Of a stretch of 59,695 nucleotides of DNA, positions 8,137 to 17,730 are shown piece by piece (positions within the stretch are counted from its first letter, which is position 1; every line of letters begins with the position of its first letter). The position numbers and the translations under genes were made by a program. Under the pieces are notes generated by a model. The model was not told the DNA's origin. It ran no database searches and saw only the letters and a list, made by a program, of their open reading frames with translations. Source of the stretch: Candidatus Altarchaeum sp. (GTDB lineage Archaea; Altiarchaeota; Altiarchaeia; Altiarchaeales; Altiarchaeaceae). The stretch covers positions 1 through 59,695 of the forward strand of contig JAGWDQ010000070.1 in assembly GCA_018260615.1 (NCBI GenBank), given 5' to 3'.

Positions 8137-8802
8137 ATGGAACAAACAAATCCGAAAATACACGGAATCTTATTTGACCTTGACGGAACGCTCGTTGATT
8201 CGTTTCCGTCAATCATTGTAGCATTTAGAGAAGCATTTAAATTTTTAGAACCTTATGCTAAAACAAAATTAAATTTTACGGATGACGAAATAAAAAAATT
8301 AATCGGAATCCCTCATCAGGAAACATTTAGAAAAACAAGCGATGTTCCAAAAGCAGTTGAAAAAGCAACAGAGATATTCAGGGAAACGAGAAAGAAATTT
8401 AAGGTAGATGCAATTGACGGCTCGATTGATTTATTAAATTTTCTCAAAACAAAAAATTTTAAGTTAGGCATTGTAACAACAACAGGAAGGGAACTTACAG
8501 AGAGAATTTTAACTGACCTTAATGTGCAAAATTTATTTGGGGCGATTGTTACGGGAACAGATGTGTTAAATTTAAAGCCGCACCCCGAACCGATTTTAAA
8601 GGCGATTGAAATTTTAAATTTAAGTAATGACAGGTGCGTTATGGTTGGAGACCATCCGAATGATATTATTGCGGCAAATGCGGCTGATATAAGAAGTATA
8701 GCGATATTATATACTCATACAAAGGATGAATTTAGAAAGTATAATCCGACATACATTGTTAATTCAATCGGAGAAATAAAGAACATAACGGAGAAAATTT
8801 AG
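8137..8802 (+). CDS. HAD-superfamily hydrolase (phosphoglycolate phosphatase-like)
   Basis: Contains the FDLDGTLVDS motif I, TTTGRE, and GDHPNDI motif IV. Confidence 0.75.
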   Translation: MEQTNPKIHGILFDLDGTLVDSFPSIIVAFREAFKFLEPYAKTKLNFTDDEIKKLIGIPHQETFRKTSDVPKAVEKATEIFRETRKKFKVDAIDGSIDLLNFLKTKNFKLGIVTTTGRELTERILTDLNVQNLFGAIVTGTDVLNLKPHPEPILKAIEILNLSNDRCVMVGDHPNDIIAANAADIRSIAILYTHTKDEFRKYNPTYIVNSIGEIKNITEKI

Positions 8803-8818
8803 AGCTTATATTTTCATT

Positions 8819-8855
8819 GCGGGGGTTCCCAAGCGGTCAAAGGGACGAGGTTCAG
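8819..8855 (+). pseudogene. tRNA-Leu(CAG) 5'-half copy 1 (positions 1 to the anticodon)
   Basis: 36 of 37 nt match 9331-9367. The copy breaks immediately after the anticodon CAG and is followed by the hairpin GAAGTTTTCGAACTTC (8861-8876). Confidence 0.7.
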
Positions 8856-8890
8856 AAGGCGAAGTTTTCGAACTTCTATCTTTTAAAAAA

Positions 8891-9086
8891 ATGCTCACAC
8901 AAAGCCACAAAGTCACAGAGTGTATTTCCCCTTTGTGTCTTTTTCAAAACGCATTTTCAAAACGCGAAGTTTTGAAAATCTCCGAGCAGGAGCGAGGTGA
9001 GAGTTTTGAAAATCTCCGAGCAGGAGCGAGGTGACGGTGTCTCCGTGTGAGGATAATAAAACGAACTTTCCTGTACGATAAAAAAA
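8891..9086 (+). mobile_element. MITE family A copy 1 (TGCTCACACAAAG...CCTGTACGAT), with nested hairpin-module repeats
   Basis: Its ends match the 91-bp copy at 35711-35801 and it is flanked by A7 runs. The interior at 8941-9036 carries a 33-nt direct repeat (8968-9000 and 9002-9034). Confidence 0.6.
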
Positions 9087-9194
9087 GAGAAAATTACCTC
9101 ACTCCGTTCGGAGATTTTAAAATCTCTGCGATTTTAAAACACTCCGAAAAGAGAAAAAAGCAAACATTAGAAAAATTTAAAATAATTAAGTATT

Positions 9195-9231
9195 GCGGGG
9201 GTTCCCAAGCGGTCAAAGGGGCGAGGTTCAG
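9195..9231 (+). pseudogene. tRNA-Leu(CAG) 5'-half copy 2
   Basis: 37 of 37 nt identical to 9331-9367. It is followed by AAGGCGAA, shared with copy 1, and by an 11-bp-arm palindrome at 9241-9264. Confidence 0.7.
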
Positions 9232-9330
9232 AAGGCGAACTTTTCTCTTTTAAAAAAGAGAAAACACTCCGAAAAGAGAAAAAAGTAAACCCCGGAAATT
9301 TAAAAATTTACACTTAAAAATTTAACTGTT

Positions 9331-9413
9331 GCGGGGGTTCCCAAGCGGTCAAAGGGGCGAGGTTCAGGGCCTCGTTGTGCAAGCATTCGTGGGTTCAAAT
9401 CCCATCCCCCGCA
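9331..9413 (+). tRNA. tRNA-Leu (anticodon CAG), intron-less, CCA not encoded
   Basis: Folded by hand. Acceptor GCGGGGG pairs with CCCCCGC. The D-loop carries GG. The anticodon stem CGAGG pairs with CCTCG around the loop TTCAGGG. There is a long variable arm, a T arm GTGGG-TTCAAAT-CCCAT, and discriminator A. Confidence 0.9.
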
Positions 9414-9453
9414 TAAAGGGAAAAATAAAGGCAAAATTTAAAAGTTTTATAAA

Positions 9454-9954
9454 ATGGATGTGAAAGTTATAAAAAGTGCAAAAAGAAGGAGAACAATAAG
9501 TGCAAAAAGGATTAACGGAGAAATTTTATTATATGTTTCAAATGGTCTGAGCAGTGAAAAAATAGAACATTATGTTGAATGGGCAAAAAAGAGATTTGAA
9601 GCGTCAGACAGGAAGAAAAATTTAGTTGAAGGTGATGCAAACAAGAATCTTGAAAATACGGCAAAAGAACTGAACAGGGAATACTTTAACAATGAACTTA
9701 AATGGAATAAAATTGAATACAGCACGGAGCAAAATGCAAAGATGTTCGGAAATTGTCATACTAAAGATAAAATAATAAGGGTTTCTGACCGGCTGATGAA
9801 AATGCCTAAATTTGTTCATGATTATGTTGTGGTTCATGAATTAGCCCATCTGAAGGTCTCGGGGCATAATGAACAATTCTGGAATCTTGTGTATAAGTAT
9901 TCTATGACAGAAAGGGCGAGAGGGTATCTGATGGCTGTGGCAATGGAGGATTAA
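9454..9954 (+). CDS. YgjP/DUF45-like (M48-related) zinc metallopeptidase
   Basis: Contains VVVHELAHLKVSGHNEQFWNLV (HExxH followed by H..FW). Confidence 0.65.
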   Translation: MDVKVIKSAKRRRTISAKRINGEILLYVSNGLSSEKIEHYVEWAKKRFEASDRKKNLVEGDANKNLENTAKELNREYFNNELKWNKIEYSTEQNAKMFGNCHTKDKIIRVSDRLMKMPKFVHDYVVVHELAHLKVSGHNEQFWNLVYKYSMTERARGYLMAVAMED

Positions 9955-10043
9955 GGATTAAATTTTTACCAGTTCTTTTATTTAATAATGTTTTCGTAAT
10001 TAAATTTAAAATATTCATAAAATTTAAAATAATCAAATTTAAA

Positions 10044-11066
10044 ATGGAGCAAAAATTAACATTAAAGGATACTAAAACAGACATGATTAAGGCATACGAT
10101 GAACTGCTTGCAAAATATAAGGAAAAAGAGCAGGAAGATAAATCCACGGGCAAAGAAACAGAAGCGAAAAATAAATATGAAAAAACTTTAATTGAAAGGA
10201 CTTCAAACGATACTGTTGAGAGTATCGTAAAAGGGCTTACCGACCTTAAACTTGATTTGAGCAAAACATTAAGTGTTTTATCAGATAAACTAACATCAGA
10301 AGCGAATAAATTGGGGGAGATACAGGAGGCGATTACAATAGAAACAAAGAATCTCGAGGAAATCCATGACATTAAACTTGCTGCGGAAACATTGGGCAAT
10401 CTCATAAGTACACACGAGAGGAAAAAGAAGGCGTCTGAAGAAGAGATAACTGCAATGAGAGCACAATGGGAAAAAGAACAGGAAGAACATCAGAGGACTG
10501 TGAAAGAAAGAGACGAGAAGGTTAAAAAAGAAAGAGAAAGAGAGGCGGAGGAATATAATTACACCTTAACTTTATCAAGAAAGAAGGAAAAAGACGCTTA
10601 TGGAGAAGAAAAAGCAGCGTTAAAGAAAGCCCTTAAAGAAGAAAGAGAATCCCAGGAAAATGAATTATCTGAAAGAGAAATTGCCGTTGCCTCACAGGAA
10701 AAAGAAATTGCTGAAATAAGGACTAAAGCATCGTCATTCCCGGGAGAACTTGCAAAAGCAGTTAGTGATGCTAAAAAAGAATCAACTGAATTATCTGAAA
10801 ACCGTGCTAAACAGAAGGCGGATCTTTTGGCAAAAGAGATTGAAGGTGAGAAAAAACTTGCCGAACTAAAGATTAAACATCTTGAGGAGACCGCAGCAAA
10901 GCAGACAGGTCAGATTAAGGACTTAATGGAGCAGTTAAATAAATCTAACTTACAGGTGCAGAGTATCGCAACACAGGCAATTGAGGGGGCTTCGGGAGCC
11001 AAGGCATTATCATCAATTAACGAAATCGCACTTGAACAGGCGAAAAATGCGGGTGCAAAGAAATGA
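10044..11066 (+). CDS. Long coiled-coil protein, function unknown
   Basis: 340 aa, K/E-rich heptad sequence, no enzymatic motif seen. Confidence 0.5.
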   Translation: MEQKLTLKDTKTDMIKAYDELLAKYKEKEQEDKSTGKETEAKNKYEKTLIERTSNDTVESIVKGLTDLKLDLSKTLSVLSDKLTSEANKLGEIQEAITIETKNLEEIHDIKLAAETLGNLISTHERKKKASEEEITAMRAQWEKEQEEHQRTVKERDEKVKKEREREAEEYNYTLTLSRKKEKDAYGEEKAALKKALKEERESQENELSEREIAVASQEKEIAEIRTKASSFPGELAKAVSDAKKESTELSENRAKQKADLLAKEIEGEKKLAELKIKHLEETAAKQTGQIKDLMEQLNKSNLQVQSIATQAIEGASGAKALSSINEIALEQAKNAGAKK

Positions 11067-11326
11067 AAAACAATTACAATTAAATATGAGTTTGGTTTTT
11101 CGTTAAAATTTAAAATTCAGCAAGATATACAAAATGAGCATATATACAATAACTGATATCATGTCAAATTAGAGATATATACGCAATGCAGATATCCGGT
11201 CAAATTGAGAGGATATACATAATAACTGCGGATATAATATAGTTATCGGAAATCTGCCTTCGGGGTTGTCTACCCAATTTCAAAAAATATTTAAATTCAA
11301 AATTTAATAAAAATTAAGGAGAAACA

Positions 11327-11845
11327 ATGGCTAAAAAAGAACTATACGAAAAAGGACTTGAAAAATATCCGTTGCCGATTGTTGTTTTTACCAACCTGCT
11401 TCTTTCGGTCTGGTTCGGATCGGCGGCTTACGGAATGAGCGCGTTATCTGCGGTGGGAATTCCTATAGTATCTGTTGCTTACCTGCTGTTCGCGGCGGCA
11501 ATGCTTGGATTTGTTCTGCGAAAGCATCTTTGCACGAATTGTTATTACTATGGAAAAACCTGCGGCACCGGCTGGGGTAAGTGGTCGGCATGTCTTTTCA
11601 AAAAAGATTCCAGCAATTCCGAATTAGGGCAAAAACTTGCGGGCGCGACATGGGGAATGTTAACCGTAATTCCGCTGGTTGGGATTCCTGCGGCGATATA
11701 TTTGAATCCCGAATTCCAGATAAACGGCGTAATTGCGTTTGTGGTTTTCCTGCTAACTTTTGTCATTAGCATGCTCGGCAGGAAAAAAGGATGCGCGCAG
11801 TGTAAAATGAGATATATTTGCGGAGGAAGTGCCGCTAAAAAATAA
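11327..11845 (+). CDS. Integral membrane protein with Cys motifs
   Basis: About 4 hydrophobic helices. Cys motifs are CTNCYYYGKTCG and CAQCKMRYIC. Confidence 0.55.
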   Translation: MAKKELYEKGLEKYPLPIVVFTNLLLSVWFGSAAYGMSALSAVGIPIVSVAYLLFAAAMLGFVLRKHLCTNCYYYGKTCGTGWGKWSACLFKKDSSNSELGQKLAGATWGMLTVIPLVGIPAAIYLNPEFQINGVIAFVVFLLTFVISMLGRKKGCAQCKMRYICGGSAAKK

Positions 11846-11856
11846 AAAAGGATACA

Positions 11857-12330
11857 ATGAAAACTTTAATAATTTACACATCAATTCACCACAAAAATAC
11901 CGAGAAAATCGCCAAGAAAATGGCAAACATTCTTGAAGCGAAATTATTGACACCGGATGAAGCAGACACAAACACATTCAAGGAATATGATTTAATTGGT
12001 TTTGGTTCAGGGATTTATCATCGCAAGTTTCATGAAAATTTATTAAATTTCATTGATGGATTACCAGTACTAAAAAACAAAAAAGCATTTATTTTCTCTA
12101 CTAGCGGAGGACTGTGGTTGCCGTGTGTCAATGATTTTAACAGAAAGATAAAGGAGAAATTGACTGAAAAAGGATTTGATATCCTCGGAGAATTTTCCTA
12201 CCGGGGATTTAATACTTACGGACCTTTCAGATATATCGGTGGAATAAACAAGGGCAGACCTTATGAAAAAGATTTTAAAAAAGCAGAAAAATTCGCGAAA
12301 TATTTAAAAGATGTTGTGTTAAAAAAATGA
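11857..12330 (+). CDS. Flavodoxin-family protein
   Basis: N-terminus is MKTLIIYTSIHHKNTEKIAKKMA; also contains GFGSGIY; 157 aa. Confidence 0.6.
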   Translation: MKTLIIYTSIHHKNTEKIAKKMANILEAKLLTPDEADTNTFKEYDLIGFGSGIYHRKFHENLLNFIDGLPVLKNKKAFIFSTSGGLWLPCVNDFNRKIKEKLTEKGFDILGEFSYRGFNTYGPFRYIGGINKGRPYEKDFKKAEKFAKYLKDVVLKK

Positions 12331-13229
12331 AAAAACAAATCATAACAATAAAACCAAAGCCACCATACGACATAAGAAGTCATTGGGAAACATACTCATC
12401 AAAGAATCCGCAGCCGCAAATTTGTGAAAATGGCGTTTACAGGAGGGCTTTGAGAATTGGAAACCAGAAATTGATACCTTTTGATGTCCACCTAAATGAC
12501 AATGTAAACGACCCAAGATTAGATATTTCAATATATTCAAAAGTTACAGAAAGCGAACAAAAAGAACTTATCAATAAAATCAGATGGATATTCAACACGG
12601 AATACGATCTTAATCCGCTTTACAAATTCATGGAATCTGATCCGTTGCTAAAGGAAATTAAAAACAAACACTACGGGTTAAAACCAGATTTTTGCAGCAA
12701 GGTTTACGAAGGCACAATTAAAGCAATAATCCAACAGCAGATTTCCCTGCGAATGGCTTGGACTATGACGTGGCGCGTGATTCAGAAATTCGGAGATTGC
12801 ATTAAAAAAGACGGACAAGAATTCTGGGAATTTCCATCACCAAAAAAACTTTCGGAAGCAAAAATTGAAGAAATTAGAGAATGCAAGTTAAGCGGAAGAA
12901 AAGCAGAGTACATCATAGATTTTTCAAAACTTGTGTCTGAAAATAAATTTGATTCCGAATCCCTGAAAAAATTGAATCACGATGAAATCATTGACCGAGT
13001 AACACAAATCAGGGGGTTGGGCAGATGGAGTGCAGAAACGGTGATTGTAACATCCATCGGGTTTGAAAACATGAATCCTGCGGGTGATTTAGGGGCGAGA
13101 AAGGCAATTTCGCATTTTTATAATAAGGATAATTTGATGTCTGAAGAGGAGGTAAGAAAATTTACTGAGAAATGGGGGAAGTATAAAGGCATTATTAACT
13201 ATTATTTGATTGCGGATGTATTGCATTAA
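12327..13229 (+). CDS. HhH-GPD DNA glycosylase (AlkA-like)
   Basis: Contains IIQQQISLRMA and the helix-hairpin-helix IRGLGRWSAETV, with a downstream Asp. The start shows ATGA coupling to the flavodoxin-family gene. Confidence 0.65.
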   Translation: MKKQIITIKPKPPYDIRSHWETYSSKNPQPQICENGVYRRALRIGNQKLIPFDVHLNDNVNDPRLDISIYSKVTESEQKELINKIRWIFNTEYDLNPLYKFMESDPLLKEIKNKHYGLKPDFCSKVYEGTIKAIIQQQISLRMAWTMTWRVIQKFGDCIKKDGQEFWEFPSPKKLSEAKIEEIRECKLSGRKAEYIIDFSKLVSENKFDSESLKKLNHDEIIDRVTQIRGLGRWSAETVIVTSIGFENMNPAGDLGARKAISHFYNKDNLMSEEEVRKFTEKWGKYKGIINYYLIADVLH

Positions 13230-13294
13230 TATATTCGGCGACCCCTCGGCAGACTCTCGCTCCACTTCGTTCCGCTCGGTGCTATCGCACTCCG

Positions 13295-13373
13295 ATAACA
13301 ACGGATATGAGGAAAAATCTAACGATTTTTCCCAAATTGCCTACGGCAACTTCTCATATCCGCATTCCGTTAT
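13295..13373 (+). other. attC-like imperfect palindrome A (79 nt)
   Basis: ATAAC-N3-GGATATGAG ... CAAATT..GGCAACTTC-CTCATATCC-N7-GTTAT. It starts 66 nt after the stop of 12327..13229. Confidence 0.45.
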
Positions 13374-13423
13374 ACGAAATTGCCAAAAGAAAAAACGAGA
13401 TTTAGATATTCGTTTGTTACAAA

Positions 13424-14041
13424 TTAAAAAGGTGTCGTTGCCATATCAATTAAAAATTTTTTAATTTCATCTTCTGAAATTTCTTTTCCAATAAATTCAA
13501 CTGATTCCGAGTAATTTATATCTTCAAAATAAGAGAGTTGCTGGCGAAAGAGTTTTTCATTAAAATATCCTTCAAAAATGTTTTTAGCCCTATCAGATAT
13601 TTGATCAACAGTATAATACGATTTCAGGATAAAATACAAATCAACATAGTCCTTCCACTTAGCTCTATCACCGAGAGCATACGCCTTCATAGCAGCTAAA
13701 TCCAATAAACAAGGTATTTTTATAACATCTCTGAAATAAACAGGAGTTTCAATTTTAAACGGGAAACTAAAAAATGTCACCTTAACAGAATTAATAACTA
13801 CATGAATCTGGTCACTGGTTTCATGTATGATTTTATCCAACAAATAACTGTTCTTCTTTATCTGATATTTTATGCTTTTTCTTTTAATTGACTCCGAAGT
13901 AAAAAGGTCAAAGTCAATTGACCTTCTGTGCCCGATATGCAGGGCAATTGCTGTGCCACCAACCAGATAAAAATCCGGGGAAAATATCTTAATCAAAGGC
14001 AATAACTCTCTTTGCTTATCTGTTAGTACTTTTACATACAT
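13424..14041 (-). CDS. Short AbiEii-like nucleotidyltransferase
   Basis: Contains YLVGGTAIALHIGHRRSIDFDLF (GG...S.D.D NTase motif); 205 aa. Confidence 0.55.
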   Translation of the reverse strand: MYVKVLTDKQRELLPLIKIFSPDFYLVGGTAIALHIGHRRSIDFDLFTSESIKRKSIKYQIKKNSYLLDKIIHETSDQIHVVINSVKVTFFSFPFKIETPVYFRDVIKIPCLLDLAAMKAYALGDRAKWKDYVDLYFILKSYYTVDQISDRAKNIFEGYFNEKLFRQQLSYFEDINYSESVEFIGKEISEDEIKKFLIDMATTPF

Positions 14042-14303
14042 TTTTCTTAAAATACAGATTAAAGAAATTTACAACAGGTGGAAAATAATTAACCCTTCTG
14101 TGCGATGTCTGTTCATAGAAAATATCCGCAACATTATCAATTCCAACCAGATCAAACAGCTTTTTAACGCTTTTTTCATCGCCGTAATTCAATATTGTCT
14201 CAACCAAAAAGTCAATGCTGATATTTTCTTTTTCATCTTCCTTAATCCACCAAAACAGCGAACTATTCTCCCTGATAAATTTTTTTATTTCCGGAGAATT
14301 CAT
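14016..14303 (-). CDS. Small partner protein of the NTase (putative antitoxin)
   Basis: 95 aa, 26-nt overlap with the downstream NTase gene. Confidence 0.4.
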   Translation of the reverse strand: MNSPEIKKFIRENSSLFWWIKEDEKENISIDFLVETILNYGDEKSVKKLFDLVGIDNVADIFYEQTSHRRVNYFPPVVNFFNLYFKKNVCKSTNR

Positions 14304-14575
14304 TTTTGCAGTATAACCTTGCAGTATAACTCTTAACTTTATAAAATTTTTTTTGTAACTATTCAGATGCGGTCCGACAATTCAAAATAATTTTAAAAAT
14401 ATTGTAACTACTCACCCTCCCAAAAAATTACAGGTAAATTTTTTGATTTTTCGTATTTTTTTGAAAGTTTTACAGGTAAATTTTGTTAACCTGTGAGTAG
14501 TTACAAAATATTAATAAAAAAAATACAAAAAACTGCGGATAAATTTTGTACCTTCCGAATAGTTACATTTACTTT

Positions 14576-14803
14576 TTACTTCTTTGCTCCTGCTTTTGCT
14601 CCTGCTGCCGGTTTAGCAGCAGCACCTTTAGCACCTGCGGCACCACCTGTCCCGCCTGCTGCCTTCATAATCTTTTTATTCTTCTTTCTTAATTTGTCGC
14701 TTCCGCATCTTCTGCAATTTGCCGCATTGTTCGGATTATTTGCATTACATCTCATACAAACCATCTTGAAAATCCTCGCCTCTGCCTCTAAAAATCGTGC
14801 CAT
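14576..14803 (-). CDS. rpl40e: Ribosomal protein L40e with an Ala/Gly/Lys-rich C-terminal extension
   Basis: [41 protein letters not shown] matches the archaeal L40e zinc-ribbon core. An additional ~30-aa tail reads [29 protein letters not shown]. Confidence 0.8.
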   Translation of the reverse strand: MARFLEAEARIFKMVCMRCNANNPNNAANCRRCGSDKLRKKNKKIMKAAGGTGGAAGAKGAAAKPAAGAKAGAKK

Positions 14804-14967
14804 TTGAATAAATTTAGTTGATAAATTTTTAAATAAATTTTAGACCTTTTATTAATTAAATTTTGATTTAATTATAATTAAAAATCTCATAATGGTTTTT
14901 TCAATATTAAAACCACTCAGCACAATAAAATTTTTGGTGAATTTACTGCCTTTTGACCAGAACTCAA

Positions 14968-15846
14968 TTATTCAATCATCAAATTTATAATATCCGTCAT
15001 AGAGATAATTCCTTTTGGTTCCTGGGTGTTTGAATCCACAATTACAATCCTCTTTACTTTGTTTTTTTTCATAATTGTAACCGCATCGGCAAGTTGTGCA
15101 TTCAAACTTATAGTGATTATATTACTTTCTATTATACTACTTATAATGTTAACTGCTTTTTTTTCAACTATTGCATTAACAATATTCCTTAATGAAATAA
15201 TTCCGATTACTTTATTGTTTTCAACAACCGGCGCTGATTCAATTTTGTTCCTTATTAAAATTTCTTCGCATTCGAAAAGTGTCGTATTCGGATTAAATAC
15301 CACTAATTTCTGATTGGCAATTATATCGCCGACTTTATACCTTGGAATACTTACTATGCTTTTTGTTGCCAGTAAAACCTCCTTATCTACATCATTCCTT
15401 CCTATTACTTCTCCTACAACCATTATTTTATTTATTGGTGTCGGACCTACTTTAAGCATAGAACGCTCATGAATTTTTGATGTATCTCCTAAAACCCGGA
15501 TTATACATCTGCATTCTTTCGGGTCGCTTACATTAGAAAATATAATTCGTTCTACAATCATGCCCTCAACCTTTTCATTATTCTGGTACATTGGAACTTC
15601 TATAAAATATTCCGATTGCTCAAGTCTAAGTGCTTCATATGCCTTTAGCGTGGGGATATATCCTCCTTTCGGGCCCGGAATTCCGTCAACATATCCCAAT
15701 GCCCTTAATGTCTGCATCTGATTTCTTATAGTACCTGCTGTTTTATTAAGCAATGCTGCTATTTCTTCTCCCTTAATAGCGCCCTTTTTGCCCTCATGTA
15801 TGGTAATCAATGCACCTAAAATTTCTTTATATACTATGCTTATCAT
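14968..15846 (-). CDS. wHTH plus CBS-pair domain regulator
   Basis: The N-terminus has a wHTH (GEEIAALLNKTAGTIRNQMQTLRALGYV). The C-terminus has two CBS motifs (PVVENNKVIGIISLRNI; IVIVDSNTQEPKGIISMTDI). Confidence 0.6.
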   Translation of the reverse strand: MISIVYKEILGALITIHEGKKGAIKGEEIAALLNKTAGTIRNQMQTLRALGYVDGIPGPKGGYIPTLKAYEALRLEQSEYFIEVPMYQNNEKVEGMIVERIIFSNVSDPKECRCIIRVLGDTSKIHERSMLKVGPTPINKIMVVGEVIGRNDVDKEVLLATKSIVSIPRYKVGDIIANQKLVVFNPNTTLFECEEILIRNKIESAPVVENNKVIGIISLRNIVNAIVEKKAVNIISSIIESNIITISLNAQLADAVTIMKKNKVKRIVIVDSNTQEPKGIISMTDIINLMIE

Positions 15847-15882
15847 TTTTAATTGTTAAATTTATTAAATTTAAATTTATTT

Positions 15883-16569
15883 TTACTTATGATTCCATTT
15901 CTCTGTAAATACAATCTCTTTTATGTCCAGATATTTTGAAACATCCTGGACAAACATTTGTTTCTTTTTAAAAACCAGTTCGTTAATAAAGATATTTTTT
16001 GGGAGCTCTATATTAAGAGTATTGTTTTCCTTCTCATTTTTAGTCCTTTTTTCTAAATTGAAGTGAAAATTTTCAGTCGTGTTAAAATTTTTTTCTATCA
16101 GATAATTTATTTTTTCCTCGGTTGTTGCAGCAATTCCTTCTACCTTTACTTTGTATATCAGCTCCTTTCCGGCAATGTCACTGTTAAAATCAACCTTTAC
16201 CCTGCCGCCTGCAACACTTATGACTTTTCCAACTGCCTCACCGCTTTTAAACAACATTCCGGTAAAAGGGTTTAAATTTTGCTTTTTAAATACATGGAGG
16301 GGATAAATTTGCACAAGTTTCGGATTGTATGTCTGATTAAGTTCTTTTGGGATTACAATTTCCTTTTCCGTGCCGGCTTTCTCATTCTTTATTTCTTCTT
16401 TTATTTTTTCAGTTATTTTATCGTTGCTTTCTTCGTATATCAATATTACCGGCTTATATATGGTGTTTTCATCATAAATTTCTTCTTCTTTTGCTGTTTT
16501 CCCGTCCGTTGTTGCAAAAATTTTTCCGTCCTCTGTTTTTCCCGTATATGAAATTTTTATAAAATCCAT
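15883..16569 (-). CDS. FKBP-type peptidyl-prolyl isomerase (SlyD-like)
   Basis: Contains ISYTGKTEDGKIFATTD and AGGRVKVDFNSDIAGKELIYKVKV. Confidence 0.65.
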   Translation of the reverse strand: MDFIKISYTGKTEDGKIFATTDGKTAKEEEIYDENTIYKPVILIYEESNDKITEKIKEEIKNEKAGTEKEIVIPKELNQTYNPKLVQIYPLHVFKKQNLNPFTGMLFKSGEAVGKVISVAGGRVKVDFNSDIAGKELIYKVKVEGIAATTEEKINYLIEKNFNTTENFHFNLEKRTKNEKENNTLNIELPKNIFINELVFKKKQMFVQDVSKYLDIKEIVFTEKWNHK

Positions 16570-16818
16570 TCTCCTGTTTTAATAATTTTGCTTTTGTTTA
16601 TATTTCTCTTTATTTTGTTTAAAATTTTCTAATAATTATGAGTGTATTATTTAAATTATATTGAATAATATGAAATGTTTATTGAATAATACAAATTGTT
16701 ATTATACATATAATTAAGAAAGGTTATAAATTAAATTATAATTTGATATAAATATGTTTAAATTTTATTCTTTTTGGTGAGTTCATACAAAGTTCATACG
16801 CAAATCAAAACCCGTTGA

Positions 16819-17577
16819 TTAAAATTTAAAGAAATTTCTTAAATTTTCCTCTGTGATATCGCCAGCCGTTTGAACACCCAGATTTTTAATTTCAGAAATC
16901 TTTTCCACTAAATACTTTATGTTTGACGGTTCATTCCTGTCAGTCCTTCTTTCAGGAAACGGAGATAAAAAAGGTGCATCTGTTTCTGTTACAATATTTT
17001 CAACCGGAATTTGAGCGAGCATTTTTTGCCTTTTCTTTGACCAGCATGCCGCTGTCGGAATTGAAATTATACATCCCAAATCAATTGCATCCAGCGCCTG
17101 TTCTATACTTCCGGAGAAACAATGCAGCATCGCATTTATTTTACTTTCTTTTAAAATTTCAAGGACATCATTTTCCGCATTTCTTGAATGGATTACGAGC
17201 TTTTTATTCAGCTTCTTTGATAAGTCAATAAAATTTTTAAAATTTTTTCTCTGCTGTTCTTTTGCTTTTTCATCCTTAATCCAGTAATAATCCAGCCCGA
17301 GCTCTCCGATTCCTATGAGCTTATCCTTATATGTTTCAACATTATTGACAAAATTTTTGAGCTCGTTTTCATCAAAATTTGTCGGAGAAATACCAAAAGT
17401 CATAAAAAGCCGCTTACTTTCGGAAAATTTATCATAAAAATTTAATGTTTTATTAACTCCTGCATTATCAGTTGCACAGGTGATAATTCCGATTTTTTCA
17501 TCATAAGCTCTGTTAATAACATTTTCTCTGTCGGAATCAAACAAGTTAAAGTCCAGATGACAATGGGCATCAAACAT
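16819..17577 (-). CDS. tatD: TatD-family metal-dependent hydrolase
   Basis: Contains MFDAHCHLDF, IGELGLDY, VIHSR, HCFSG and TETDAPFL. Confidence 0.85.
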   Translation of the reverse strand: MFDAHCHLDFNLFDSDRENVINRAYDEKIGIITCATDNAGVNKTLNFYDKFSESKRLFMTFGISPTNFDENELKNFVNNVETYKDKLIGIGELGLDYYWIKDEKAKEQQRKNFKNFIDLSKKLNKKLVIHSRNAENDVLEILKESKINAMLHCFSGSIEQALDAIDLGCIISIPTAACWSKKRQKMLAQIPVENIVTETDAPFLSPFPERRTDRNEPSNIKYLVEKISEIKNLGVQTAGDITEENLRNFFKF

Positions 17578-17730
17578 TTTATCCAGTAATATTAAAAGAA
17601 AAAAGAAAAAGAAAAAATATAAAAACGATTTTTTATCCCTTGCAGAGATAACATGCTGAAATCACCTTACTTAGTTCGGAGATTTTTGAATCGTATCTCT
17701 GCGATTTGAGAATGCAGATATATTTATGCC

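Noticed and set aside
8045-8212. 56-aa N-terminal extension of Kae1 in the track ORF
   Set aside because: The extension is hydrophobic and low-complexity, and it overlaps the divergent HAD gene start. The conserved Kae1 N-terminus MIVLGIEGTAHT begins at the internal ATG at 8042-8044.
9047-9253. ORFs lying in repeat blocks (9047..9253, 21521..21757, 43589..43795, 50766..50984)
   Set aside because: They run through MITE and hairpin-module repeats. Their 'conservation' is repeat identity in all frames, and there is no credible start context.
8819-9413. Bona fide split or trans-spliced tRNA-Leu
   Set aside because: A complete intron-less tRNA-Leu is present, no orphan 3' half is visible in the window, and the sequences after the 5' halves form self-contained hairpins rather than a partner-pairing leader. 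It is kept as a finding with alternative explanations.
11101-11290. Degenerate GATAT-containing ~38-nt repeats and a GCCTTCGG segment resembling the attC-like family core
   Set aside because: The similarity is partial, and the order of modules differs from the four clear attC-like elements. There is not enough evidence to call it a fifth member.
14400-14506. 14-bp perfect inverted repeat (TTGTAACTACTCAC/GTGAGTAGTTACAA) enclosing two TTACAGGTAAATTTT direct repeats
   Set aside because: It is a single occurrence between a TA-like operon start and the L40e stop. It is plausibly an operator or terminator, but nothing further can be supported from sequence alone.
14493-14807. Plus-strand 104-aa ORF with a poly-Ala/Pro stretch
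   Set aside because: It is antisense to the recognisable L40e gene, and the Ala/Pro run mirrors the L40e A/G/K tail.
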